Program-made: the position numbers and the translations under genes
Source: an uncultured Oscillospiraceae bacterium
GTDB lineage: Bacteria > Bacillota > Clostridia > Oscillospirales > Oscillospiraceae
DNA length: 52,700 bases
Direction of reading: 5' to 3'
Assembly (NCBI GenBank): GCA_964499615.1
Contig: CAZCLX010000001.1
Span: forward strand, 1-52,700
Notes under the pieces: model-generated
What the model saw: only the letters and a program-made list of their open reading frames with translations
What the model was told of the DNA's origin: nothing
The model's database searches: none
Shown: in pieces, positions 37,805 to 46,105 of the stretch
Position numbering within the stretch: position 1 is the first letter of the stretch
Layout of the letters: each line of letters opens with the position of its first letter

Positions 37805-38774
37805 GACATTCTTCTCCTTTCCCGCCCACGAAGCCCAGGCAGCTGAGTATGCTTTTTTGAACGGTTTCCACCAGGACGCCCTGGGTGTAGTACGCCGTGT
37901 GAGGCATCAGAATCACATTGGGCAGCCGAGAGAGAAGTCCCGGCGGCGTCGTTCCAGCGTTGTCCGCCCGGTGATCCTGGTAAAACAATATTTCTTCTTC
38001 CTCCACCACGTCCAGCGCCGCCCCACCCAAACGCCGGGAGGTCAGAGCCTCCGTCAGTGCGGGGGTGTCCACCAGCCCGCCCCGGGCGGTATTGACAAGA
38101 ATTGCTGTGGGCTTCATTTTTTGAACTTGGGCTTTTCCAATTAAGTGACGGGTCTGCTCGGTCAGCGGTACGTGAAGGGATACAATGTCGCTCCTTTCCA
38201 GGAGGGTATCCAGAGGGACGTACCGCACATTTTCCGTGGGATGTGGGTCAAATGCCAGAATCTGGCAGCCAAATCCACGCAGACGCCGGATCACGGCAGC
38301 GCCAATGCTGCCGGTTCCCACGACTCCCACCGTCAGCCGAGCCATTTCCTGGCATCGGGAAGACGGCAGCCGGAAGTCCATCCGACTGGCGGACAGTACC
38401 ATTTCCTTTGCCCTTCGCAGAGCCATCAGCATCAGCATTACGGTGTAGTCTGCAACTCCCTCCGGGCAGTAGCGGACATTCTCCACGAGAATTCCCAGAC
38501 GCCGGGCTGCCGGTATGTCAATGTGGTTTATGCCGATACTGCGGGTGGAGAGAAATTCCACCCCCATATCCTTCAGCGCGGTCAGAGCCGCCTCTCCAAT
38601 TTTCACCCGGTGTCCTACGCTGGCACAGCGGCACCCCTTTGCCAGCGGGGCATTTTCTGGGGAGACATCCTCCGAAACGATAACCGGCTCCACCAGAAAG
38701 CGGGGCGCAAGGGAGCAAACGGTTTCCCGCTCATCTTTCTGACAGCCATAAAACGCAATTTTTGTTTTGTCCAT
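37797..38774 (-). CDS. vanH: D-lactate dehydrogenase of the van cluster
   Basis: IAFYGC, SVGH, STRSIGINHID, VADYTVMLMLM, GTGSIG, VNTARG, PHTAYYT; start at ATG 38774 after AAGGAG. Confidence 0.9.
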   Translation of the reverse strand: MDKTKIAFYGCQKDERETVCSLAPRFLVEPVIVSEDVSPENAPLAKGCRCASVGHRVKIGEAALTALKDMGVEFLSTRSIGINHIDIPAARRLGILVENVRYCPEGVADYTVMLMLMALRRAKEMVLSASRMDFRLPSSRCQEMARLTVGVVGTGSIGAAVIRRLRGFGCQILAFDPHPTENVRYVPLDTLLERSDIVSLHVPLTEQTRHLIGKAQVQKMKPTAILVNTARGGLVDTPALTEALTSRRLGGAALDVVEEEEILFYQDHRADNAGTTPPGLLSRLPNVILMPHTAYYTQGVLVETVQKSILSCLGFVGGKGEECHE

Positions 38775-38795
38775 GTAAACTCCTTTCCGGGGAGC

Positions 38796-38844
38796 AAAAG
38801 AAATTCCCCCGATGTGGTGGAAATATCCTACCACGTCGGGGGAA
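38796..38844 (-). terminator. Terminator-like hairpin plus U-tract just upstream of the vanH RBS
   Basis: Minus strand TTCCCCCGACGTGGT...ACCACATCGGGGGAA (14/15 bp) followed by TTTCTTTT. Confidence 0.65.
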
Positions 38845-38867
38845 AAGGCGCTTTCTGACTCTGTTGT

Positions 38868-38902
38868 GAAATTCTAAAGATACAGTGGGGAAATTCTTAC
38901 AG
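38868..38902 (-). promoter_or_regulatory. Putative vanH promoter (-10 TAGAAT; VanR-like box over the -35 position)
   Basis: TAGAAT at 38876-38871; CTGTAAGAATTT at 38902-38891 shares GTAAGAA with the vanR upstream box. Confidence 0.5.
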
Positions 38903-38941
38903 TTTTCAAGATGTCACCATTACGGCTCGAAATATCGTCTG

Positions 38942-39766
38942 TTACAGAAGATATTTCCGGATGGCTGCGGCGGCACCGGAAGAGGTGTTTTTTTCGGTGA
39001 CAACGTCGGCGGCAGATTTTACAAAGTCGGGAGCGTTTCCCATGGCAATGCCCAGACCGGCGCTTTTCAGAAGGGAAACGTCGTTTCCGCTGTCGCCGAT
39101 TGCCATTACTTCCTTCATAGAGTATCCCAACTTCTCCGCGAGAAACCGGACAGCCTGATCTTTTCCGGCGTCCTGTGAGGTAATTTCCAGGCAGCCGGGT
39201 GCGGACTCCATGGCGTTCAGTCCCGTTTCACGAAGCCGTGCGGTTACCTTGCCCAACAGAGATGGAGGAATGTAAAACAGATTGATTTTTAAAATGTCGT
39301 TTTCTTCCAGACATCGGGAGGCACCGGAAAAGCGAGTTCCCATCCGGGCCAAAATCCGCTGGTGAAAGGGGGTCATGTCCCTTTGCAAATGCGTATCCCA
39401 GTCCTCCGCACGGATATGGTAGCGGGAGCCGCTGTCCACATACTCCGGGATCAGGCCGAATTCCCGGGCAATCGCTTCCACGGCGGACAGCCCCGCTCCA
39501 AGGATGGCGGTGCGGCGAAGGCTGGCCTTCTTTTGAAAATCCCACAGCTCTCCGCCGTCGAAGAGCACGCCGTACCGCAGCCAGTCATGGGGCTGCTCCC
39601 AAAGTCCGGAAGGGAGGGTTGACAGAGCGCGTCCCGTGGCGATCACCACCTGGATTTCCCGGGCAGACACTGCTTCCACCGCGTCGATGACCCCTGGCGC
39701 GAACCGGTCAGGATCCGCCCCCAGAGCGGTACCGTCCAGATCCAGGGCAAGCAGACGATAACCCAT
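38942..39766 (-). CDS. Cof-type HAD hydrolase
   Basis: ALDLDGT, IATGR, LEIT...GK, AIGDSGNDVSLL, AMGNA. Confidence 0.88.
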   Translation of the reverse strand: MGYRLLALDLDGTALGADPDRFAPGVIDAVEAVSAREIQVVIATGRALSTLPSGLWEQPHDWLRYGVLFDGGELWDFQKKASLRRTAILGAGLSAVEAIAREFGLIPEYVDSGSRYHIRAEDWDTHLQRDMTPFHQRILARMGTRFSGASRCLEENDILKINLFYIPPSLLGKVTARLRETGLNAMESAPGCLEITSQDAGKDQAVRFLAEKLGYSMKEVMAIGDSGNDVSLLKSAGLGIAMGNAPDFVKSAADVVTEKNTSSGAAAAIRKYLL

Positions 39767-39768
39767 AC

Positions 39769-40815
39769 TTATTCCTCTACAAGCCGGAATCGGGCGCCCC
39801 GGCGGATGCAGTCAATTAACGGCATATGTTTTTGGGATACCTGACCGATCACATTTACTTTGCTGTCCTGGGGAAGTTCCCGGCGTAGGAGATGAATTTC
39901 ACCGGAATACCGGGCATAGTTCCGGTTATCCATAGTGATGGTGCCCCGCTTGCGTGCAACGCAGTTATCTTCCGGGATAGGGGCGCCCTGGCAGGAATAG
40001 GTTCGGGATTCCTGGAACCGGATCAGCCACACGGGTGAGTCTGCGCGGCAGGTGAAGGTTTTGCCGTACAGCCCCTCATATCCCGGACGGAAACGCACAG
40101 GAAGGGTAATTTCTCCCGTCCGGCAGAAATGGCGGATATAAGCCTGCTCTCCGTCGCTTACGCCGGGATCCCCGGCAAAGATCCCATCCACCCCAAAGTT
40201 CACCGCGAGGTCTGCGAATGCTGCTGAGGGAGCGATCCCCCGGTGCCGCTCCAGAGTGGGGAGCCCCATAAAAAGAGGCCCCCGAAGCACGGTATCCCCA
40301 GGAATAAAGGCTAGAACCTTCAATCCTGCCTGGTGCAGACGTGTAGTGCTTTCCCGGAGAAAGTCCTCATCCAGACCGGTTTCCGGGCGGGGGTAAAAGT
40401 TATGCATGGCAAATACCGTCTCTCCGGCGCTTGCCAGGGCGGCGGCATCCTCTTCGGTTACGGTGGAGGCGTTCACCGCTATGGGCATTTTGGCGGCAAG
40501 GGCTTTCGTTTCTTCCAGAGAGAAGCCGTAATCCAGCCGCAGACCCCACAGTCCCAATGCTTCCGCCAGGGATAGAATATCCGGAACACCGAACGCAGAA
40601 AGAGTCTTTTGGGATACATCGGCAAGGATCCGGTAGCCACGTTCCCTCAATGAATCACACAGCGCCTTCACCTGCTTGGGATAGTCCGGAGTAAACTCCT
40701 CGGAAATATGAAGGGAGAGAAACACAGGCGCACCGCCTGCCGCCGAGGCGGCAAGCGGTGCATTGCGATTCTCATACTCTGTCAGGTAAACTGAGCAGCC
40801 GAGAGGGTCAAACAT
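39769..40815 (-). CDS. mupG: MupG-family (DUF871) 6-phospho-N-acetylmuramidase-like protein
   Basis: FLSLHI, RLDYGF, NAST, HNFYPRPETGL, GLPTLERHR, YARYSGE; in an operon with murQ/murP. Confidence 0.82.
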   Translation of the reverse strand: MFDPLGCSVYLTEYENRNAPLAASAAGGAPVFLSLHISEEFTPDYPKQVKALCDSLRERGYRILADVSQKTLSAFGVPDILSLAEALGLWGLRLDYGFSLEETKALAAKMPIAVNASTVTEEDAAALASAGETVFAMHNFYPRPETGLDEDFLRESTTRLHQAGLKVLAFIPGDTVLRGPLFMGLPTLERHRGIAPSAAFADLAVNFGVDGIFAGDPGVSDGEQAYIRHFCRTGEITLPVRFRPGYEGLYGKTFTCRADSPVWLIRFQESRTYSCQGAPIPEDNCVARKRGTITMDNRNYARYSGEIHLLRRELPQDSKVNVIGQVSQKHMPLIDCIRRGARFRLVEE

Positions 40816-42250
40816 TGGCGACTTCCTCGGGCTTCACCATGATGTTCGTGATAATAAAGCCCATGACATAGCTGATGACAAGACCGATGGCATAGAAGCC
40901 TACACTGGCGGCAGCACCTCTGGGACCAGCGGTCATTACGAACAAAGCCAACAGACCGGAGGGACCCCAGGCCGTGGACGCGACCTCCATTGCCATGACG
41001 AAGGCGCCGCCGAAACCTGCGCCGAGGCCGGCAGTAAGGAATGGCTTGCCCATGGGCAAAGTAACGCCGTAGATCAGAGGCTCGCCGACTCCCAGGAGGC
41101 CTGCGGGCAGTGCGCCGGAAATGACGGAGTTCAGGCGATGGTTACCCACCTTCTTCGCCTTCAGATAGATGGCGATGGCGGCGCCCACCTGGCCGGCGCC
41201 AGCCATTGCCAGAGCGGGGTACAGGGTAACGTAGCCAAATGTGTTGAGCTGAACGGTGTAAAGCGCCACAAGGCCGTGGTGCATACCCATGGCAACCATA
41301 GGCAGGAACAGCGCTGCGGAGATGTAGCCCGCCAGCATCCGGACGACAACATTGGAGCTCATGCAGAGCTTCTCCACCACCCAGCACAAGCCAGTGGAAA
41401 TGTAGCCGGTGATGGGCATGATGATAAAGATGTAGGGAATCACACAGACAATCAGAGTCAGCAGAGGAGTGAATACGATATCCAGAGCGTCAGGCATCCG
41501 CTTGCGTATGAACTTTTCCACATAGGCCAGGCACCACACGCCGACAATAACTGCCAGGACGCCGCCTCTGCCGGCGCGGAGAATAGAGTCCAGCGGCACG
41601 GTTTCATCGAACAGACCAACGATGGAAGAAATACTGTTGATGCCATCTAGACTAGTAATCATGCCCAGCATACCGCCCAGAATGGGGGTGGCACCAAACT
41701 TTTCAGCGGCGCGGTAGCCAGCCCATGCGGTGAGGTAGGTCAGGAACGCGGTGTTGATCATGCTCAAAAGGTTATACACGATGCTCCAGAAGCCACTTTC
41801 CGCATAGTTGGGCATTACCTGCGCCAGCAATGTCGCAAGGCCAGAACACAGACCTGCGGCGATAACGCCGGGGATCAGGGGTACAAAAATGTCGCCTACG
41901 TTTTTCAACAGATTCTTTACCGGGTTCTGTTTCTGGGCTGCCTTCACAGCGGCCTTGTTGCGCTGCCAGTCGCCGACTTCTTTTGCGTCAGAGGCAGCAG
42001 GGATACCCATCTGACGGCACAGGTCGGCACATTTGCGGCATTTGCCTGGGCCGACAACTACTTCTACGTAGCCTTCCCGGTCATGGACAATACCCATGAC
42101 GCCATCAATCTTTTTCAGCGCATCATCGTCGACTTTGGCATCTTCCTTAACCTGAACCCGCAGCCGGGTCATGCAGTTGGTGGCGGTCATGACGTTTTCT
42201 TTGCCGCCCAGCTTGTCCAGCACAGAGCGAACCAGTTCTTCATTGGTCAT
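40808..42250 (-). CDS. murP: PTS EIIBC, MurNAc-type
   Basis: NCMTRLR (EIIB Cys), VVVGPG, IFVPLIP, GMHHG, AMAGAGQVGA, GVGEPLIYGVTLP. Confidence 0.88.
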   Translation of the reverse strand: MTNEELVRSVLDKLGGKENVMTATNCMTRLRVQVKEDAKVDDDALKKIDGVMGIVHDREGYVEVVVGPGKCRKCADLCRQMGIPAASDAKEVGDWQRNKAAVKAAQKQNPVKNLLKNVGDIFVPLIPGVIAAGLCSGLATLLAQVMPNYAESGFWSIVYNLLSMINTAFLTYLTAWAGYRAAEKFGATPILGGMLGMITSLDGINSISSIVGLFDETVPLDSILRAGRGGVLAVIVGVWCLAYVEKFIRKRMPDALDIVFTPLLTLIVCVIPYIFIIMPITGYISTGLCWVVEKLCMSSNVVVRMLAGYISAALFLPMVAMGMHHGLVALYTVQLNTFGYVTLYPALAMAGAGQVGAAIAIYLKAKKVGNHRLNSVISGALPAGLLGVGEPLIYGVTLPMGKPFLTAGLGAGFGGAFVMAMEVASTAWGPSGLLALFVMTAGPRGAAASVGFYAIGLVISYVMGFIITNIMVKPEEVANV

Positions 42251-42273
42251 GTTTGTTTCCTCCTTATTATATT

Positions 42274-43203
42274 TTATTGTTCCGCAGCGTCCGCCGCGAA
42301 GGATACAAGAGAAATGGCTTCCCGAACGTGACCGTTGGCTTTTTTCAGTCGGGTTTTGGCTTCCTCTGCCCCACAGTCAGCCAGGAGCATGGTGATGGCG
42401 CATTTTACGCTGCCCTCTGCCTGATCAATTGCCTGCCGAGCCTGGGCGCGGTCAACACCAGTGGCGTCGATGACAATGTTTTCCGCCCGGGTGTGGAGCT
42501 TTTCGTTGGTCTGCATTACGTCCACCATCAGGTTCTCATAGGCTTTTCCAGTGCGAACCATGGAGGCAGTGGAGATCATGTTGAGGATCAGCTTTTGGGC
42601 TGTGCCGGATTTCAGACGGGTGGAGCCGGTGAGCACCTCCGGGCCGCATTCTACTTCAATGGCAATGTCCGCAGCTTTTCCCACGGCGCTGCCCACATTG
42701 CAGCAAATCGCGGCAGTCCGGCATCCGATGCTTCCGGCATAGTCCAGACCACCGAGAACGTAGGGCGTGCGGCCAGAGGCAGCAATGCCAATCACAAAGT
42801 CCTTGTCCGTCAGCTGGTGGCGGATCAGATCGTCCTTCCCCATTTCCCGGCTGTCTTCCGCTCCTTCCACCGCTCTCAGGAAAGCTTGCTCACCGCCGGC
42901 AATCAAACCCACCACCTGATTCGGGCTGACGCCGAAGGTAGGCGGGCACTCTGCCGCATCCAGTACGCCGAGACGCCCACTGGTTCCGGCGCCCATATAC
43001 AGCAGCCGCCCTCCCCGGGAAAAGGCATCTACTGCGCAGTCTACAGCCTGCGCGATTTGCGGAAGCCGCTTGGCGATCGCCAGTGGGACGCGGGCATCCT
43101 CTTCGTTCATTACGGTAACGATCTCCAGGGCGGACATCCTGTCCAGCCCCATAGTGCGTGGGTTCCGGGTTTCTGTTGTCATGCCTGATAGATTCAGCTC
43201 CAT
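42274..43203 (-). CDS. murQ: N-acetylmuramic acid 6-phosphate etherase
   Basis: TETRNP, GAGTSGRLGVLDAAECPPTF, AVEGAED, TGSTRLKSGTAQK. Confidence 0.95.
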   Translation of the reverse strand: MELNLSGMTTETRNPRTMGLDRMSALEIVTVMNEEDARVPLAIAKRLPQIAQAVDCAVDAFSRGGRLLYMGAGTSGRLGVLDAAECPPTFGVSPNQVVGLIAGGEQAFLRAVEGAEDSREMGKDDLIRHQLTDKDFVIGIAASGRTPYVLGGLDYAGSIGCRTAAICCNVGSAVGKAADIAIEVECGPEVLTGSTRLKSGTAQKLILNMISTASMVRTGKAYENLMVDVMQTNEKLHTRAENIVIDATGVDRAQARQAIDQAEGSVKCAITMLLADCGAEEAKTRLKKANGHVREAISLVSFAADAAEQ

Positions 43204-43413
43204 TTATGAACACCTTTGCTTTCCCGATCCCGGAGGACCTTTTTCTATAAAAATAATTATATATTTTTAAAAACAAAATGTCCACTTTTTCTTTGATTTA
43301 TGGTACAATGTTTTATACATGAAGAAATCTTGAACGATTTTCCCGCTGCCGTGACTACTTTTTCGTCGCTTTGCATATGGACGGCGCAATATAACGTGAG
43401 AAAAGGAGGCAAA

Positions 43414-44277
43414 ATGATGAAAGATGTTCTTTTGGTTCTCAGAGGTATTCTCCCATCCATGAGCAGCACCGAGCAGGAGATTGCCCGGTACATGATTAAG
43501 AATCCGGAGGAGATTACCCACATGACCATCCGTCAGCTGGCACAGCAAACTTACTCTTCTCCCTCCAGCGTGGTGCGGGTCTGCCGGGCGGCAGGCTTCG
43601 ACGGCTACAAGGATCTGCGAAGTGCCATGTTGGTAGAACTGGCAACGCTGGGGGGAAAGGGTAGCCACAAGGAAGAAGAGGTGACAAGAAACGACACTGC
43701 CCAGGCGATCATCGATAAGGTGACCAGGAAGAATATCCAGTGCCTGATGGATACTCAGCGGCTTCTGTCCCCAGAGACGCTGGAGGTCTGTGCCAAACTG
43801 GTGAACGAAAGCCGAATGGTGATGCTGTTTGGAATTGGCGCGTCTCTGTGTGTTGCCCGGGATACCTACCTGAAATTCCTCCGGCTGAATAAGCCCTGTG
43901 TTGTAAATGATGATTGGCACTCTCAGCTTCTCCAGGCTCGCAACGCCACCGACAAGGACGTGGGGATCGTGTTTTCTTACTCCGGCCAGACGGTGGAGAT
44001 GATCCAGTGCATGAAAGCTATGCGGGAAAATGGTACGCCGGTCATCGCTGTCACCAGGTATTTTCCTTCCGAAGTGGCGAGGCTGGCAGATCATGTGCTT
44101 TATATCGCAGCTAACGAATCCCTGTTCCGCAACGGCGCTATGTCCTCCCGGTTGTCCCAGTTGAACGTGGTGGATATTCTCTATACGGTTTGCGCCAATG
44201 CGGACTATGACGGAACCATCGAGCGATTGACAAGAACCCACATCGCCAAGCCTGGGGAGCCAGAGAAAAACCTATAA
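43414..44277 (+). CDS. murR: MurR/RpiR-family regulator
   Basis: HTH SSPSSVVRVCRAAGFDGYKDL; SIS domain FGIGAS, FSYSGQT; divergent from murQ; start after AAGGAGG. Confidence 0.88.
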   Translation: MMKDVLLVLRGILPSMSSTEQEIARYMIKNPEEITHMTIRQLAQQTYSSPSSVVRVCRAAGFDGYKDLRSAMLVELATLGGKGSHKEEEVTRNDTAQAIIDKVTRKNIQCLMDTQRLLSPETLEVCAKLVNESRMVMLFGIGASLCVARDTYLKFLRLNKPCVVNDDWHSQLLQARNATDKDVGIVFSYSGQTVEMIQCMKAMRENGTPVIAVTRYFPSEVARLADHVLYIAANESLFRNGAMSSRLSQLNVVDILYTVCANADYDGTIERLTRTHIAKPGEPEKNL

Positions 44278-44281
44278 CCCG

Positions 44282-44713
44282 CTACGATTCTCCAAAAAGG
44301 GTCAGCAGCAGCGCCATTTGCTCCCCTTGGCGCAGAGCCAGCCGCTGGAACACAGCACCGTATTCCGGGTCAGCGGCACAGCCGGAATAGAATCGGTAGG
44401 ATTCCCGGCACTGCCGAAGACGGTACAACAGCACTTTTGGGCGCTTGTTAGGTGCAGGCGGGGAGGGGAAGACCCTGATGCCGGAGACTGCTAGCATCCC
44501 CCGGAGGCATGCAGCGGCTGCTTCCTCTCCTTCCGCAAGGCGGACCAGAATCTCCCGGCGTCTGCCGGAACTGCCTTGGGCAAGGTGACGGTAGTCGGTT
44601 GCTGCTTCCAGGGAAGACAGCAGCCAGGGGCGTAGAGATTCCCGGGATGGGGCTTCCTGACGGTTTACCCGCTGCCAAACCTGCCGCTCTCGATGGGTGG
44701 GATCATTTTTCAT
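44282..44713 (-). CDS. Hypothetical helical (possibly ferritin-like) protein
   Basis: 143 aa from ATG 44713 after GGAAGGAG; QVWQRV N-terminus; two similar helical halves (EAATDYRHLA / ESYRFY...FQRLA). Confidence 0.5.
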   Translation of the reverse strand: MKNDPTHRERQVWQRVNRQEAPSRESLRPWLLSSLEAATDYRHLAQGSSGRRREILVRLAEGEEAAAACLRGMLAVSGIRVFPSPPAPNKRPKVLLYRLRQCRESYRFYSGCAADPEYGAVFQRLALRQGEQMALLLTLFGES

Positions 44714-44874
44714 TTCATGCTCCTTCCTCCCCGGACTTCCGGGGTATGCGGTTCTCTTCCAATATAGTCGCATAGCTAAAAAAGGTTCCTGGGAAAAATA
44801 ATTCCAAAAAGAGGTTCCTTTTTTCGTTCATTTGTGCTATTATATACAAAAACATCTTGAAGGAGAGATGAGCT

Positions 44875-45450
44875 ATGCCCAGAACGAGTGACAAAGCGGA
44901 ACAGATCCTGCGGTTTGTGAATCAGTTCGTCCAGGAGAACGGATATTCTCCCTCTGTTCGGGAAATCGGGGAGGGGGTAGGGCTTCGCTCCACCGCCTCG
45001 GTGAGCTACCATCTCCAGGCGCTCCAGGCAAAGGGGCTGCTCCGCCCTGCCGGGGCGAAGGGCAGGAAGCGTGCCATCGTTGGTGGCGTCCGCCAAGGGG
45101 AGATCCCGGTGGTCGGCGTGGTTACCGCTGGCCTTCCCATTTTGGCTGTGGAAAACCAGGAGGGAACTATGCCATGGGAGGATCCCCAGTGCTTTGCCCT
45201 CCGGGTTCGGGGCGACAGTATGATCGGAGCGGGTATCCTGGATGGAGACAAGGTGGTCATCCGTCCCCAGCAAACTGCCGACGATGGGCAGATCGTCGTT
45301 GCCCGGATCGGGGACGAAGCAACGGTGAAGCGTCTCCGCCGCCGGGGCGGGGAAATCTGGCTGATGCCGGAAAACGACGCTTACCGCCCCATTGACGGCA
45401 CTGACGCGGAGATTATTGGCATTGTGAAAGCTGTGGTACGGGAATATTAA
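44875..45450 (+). CDS. lexA: SOS repressor LexA
   Basis: GYSPSVREIGEGVGLRSTASV HTH; VTAGLP (Ala-Gly cleavage site); GDSM (Ser); ATVKR (Lys). Confidence 0.92.
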   Translation: MPRTSDKAEQILRFVNQFVQENGYSPSVREIGEGVGLRSTASVSYHLQALQAKGLLRPAGAKGRKRAIVGGVRQGEIPVVGVVTAGLPILAVENQEGTMPWEDPQCFALRVRGDSMIGAGILDGDKVVIRPQQTADDGQIVVARIGDEATVKRLRRRGGEIWLMPENDAYRPIDGTDAEIIGIVKAVVREY

Positions 45451-45480
45451 GAAGTCTTGCATGGGAGGCATGTGATCGAT

Positions 45481-46002
45481 ATGGACGCATTGGAAGCAAT
45501 TTTCAGCAGAACCAGTATTCGAAAATTTACAGAGCAGGAGATATCCGGTGAAGCGCTGCACACCATCCTTCGGGCGGGGATGAGCGGACCGACCTGTGTC
45601 AATTCCAGGGACTGGTCTTTCCTTGTGGTGAGGGATCCGGAAACATTAAACAAAATGGCAGATGCCAACGGAAGAGCGGCAATACCGCTGCGGGGCGCCA
45701 AGCTGGGGATCCTGATTTGCGGTGATCTGGAGCGTGCCTTTGATCGCGCACCGGATTACTGGGTAATTGACGGCGCCATTGCCGGGCAGAATATGATTCT
45801 GGCAGCCCAGAGCCTTGGTATCGGCAGTGTCTGGCTGGGCACCTGGCCCCAGATGGATCGGGTCAAAAAACAGCAGGCACTTTTTCAGCTGCCCGAAACC
45901 CAGATTCCCCATTCCCTGATTGCCTTTGGCTATCCCCAGGAGCCGCTTCCGGAGCCCAAGCCGGACTATGAGGGAAACAGAGTTCATTTTGAAAAATGGT
46001 AA
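45481..46002 (+). CDS. Nitroreductase family protein
   Basis: AIFSRTSIRKFT, QNMILAAQSLGIGSVW, IAFGYP. Confidence 0.9.
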   Translation: MDALEAIFSRTSIRKFTEQEISGEALHTILRAGMSGPTCVNSRDWSFLVVRDPETLNKMADANGRAAIPLRGAKLGILICGDLERAFDRAPDYWVIDGAIAGQNMILAAQSLGIGSVWLGTWPQMDRVKKQQALFQLPETQIPHSLIAFGYPQEPLPEPKPDYEGNRVHFEKW

Positions 46003-46021
46003 CTTTCACAGAATGAGAAGA

Positions 46022-46059
46022 GCCGCCGCAAGATTTTCCTTGCGGCGGCACCTTTTTTT
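46022..46059 (+). terminator. Intrinsic terminator
   Basis: GCCGCCGCAAG-ATTTTC-CTTGCGGCGGC followed by ACCTTTTTTT. Confidence 0.8.
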
Positions 46060-46105
46060 GCCTTCCAATAATTGCGTCGGGGAATCCGGACGGACAGACG
46101 CTTGA

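Noticed and set aside
44776-44874. SOS box upstream of lexA
   Set aside because: No GAAC-N4-GTTC found; the GTTC-N8-GTTC at 44814-44829 matches no LexA box I know.
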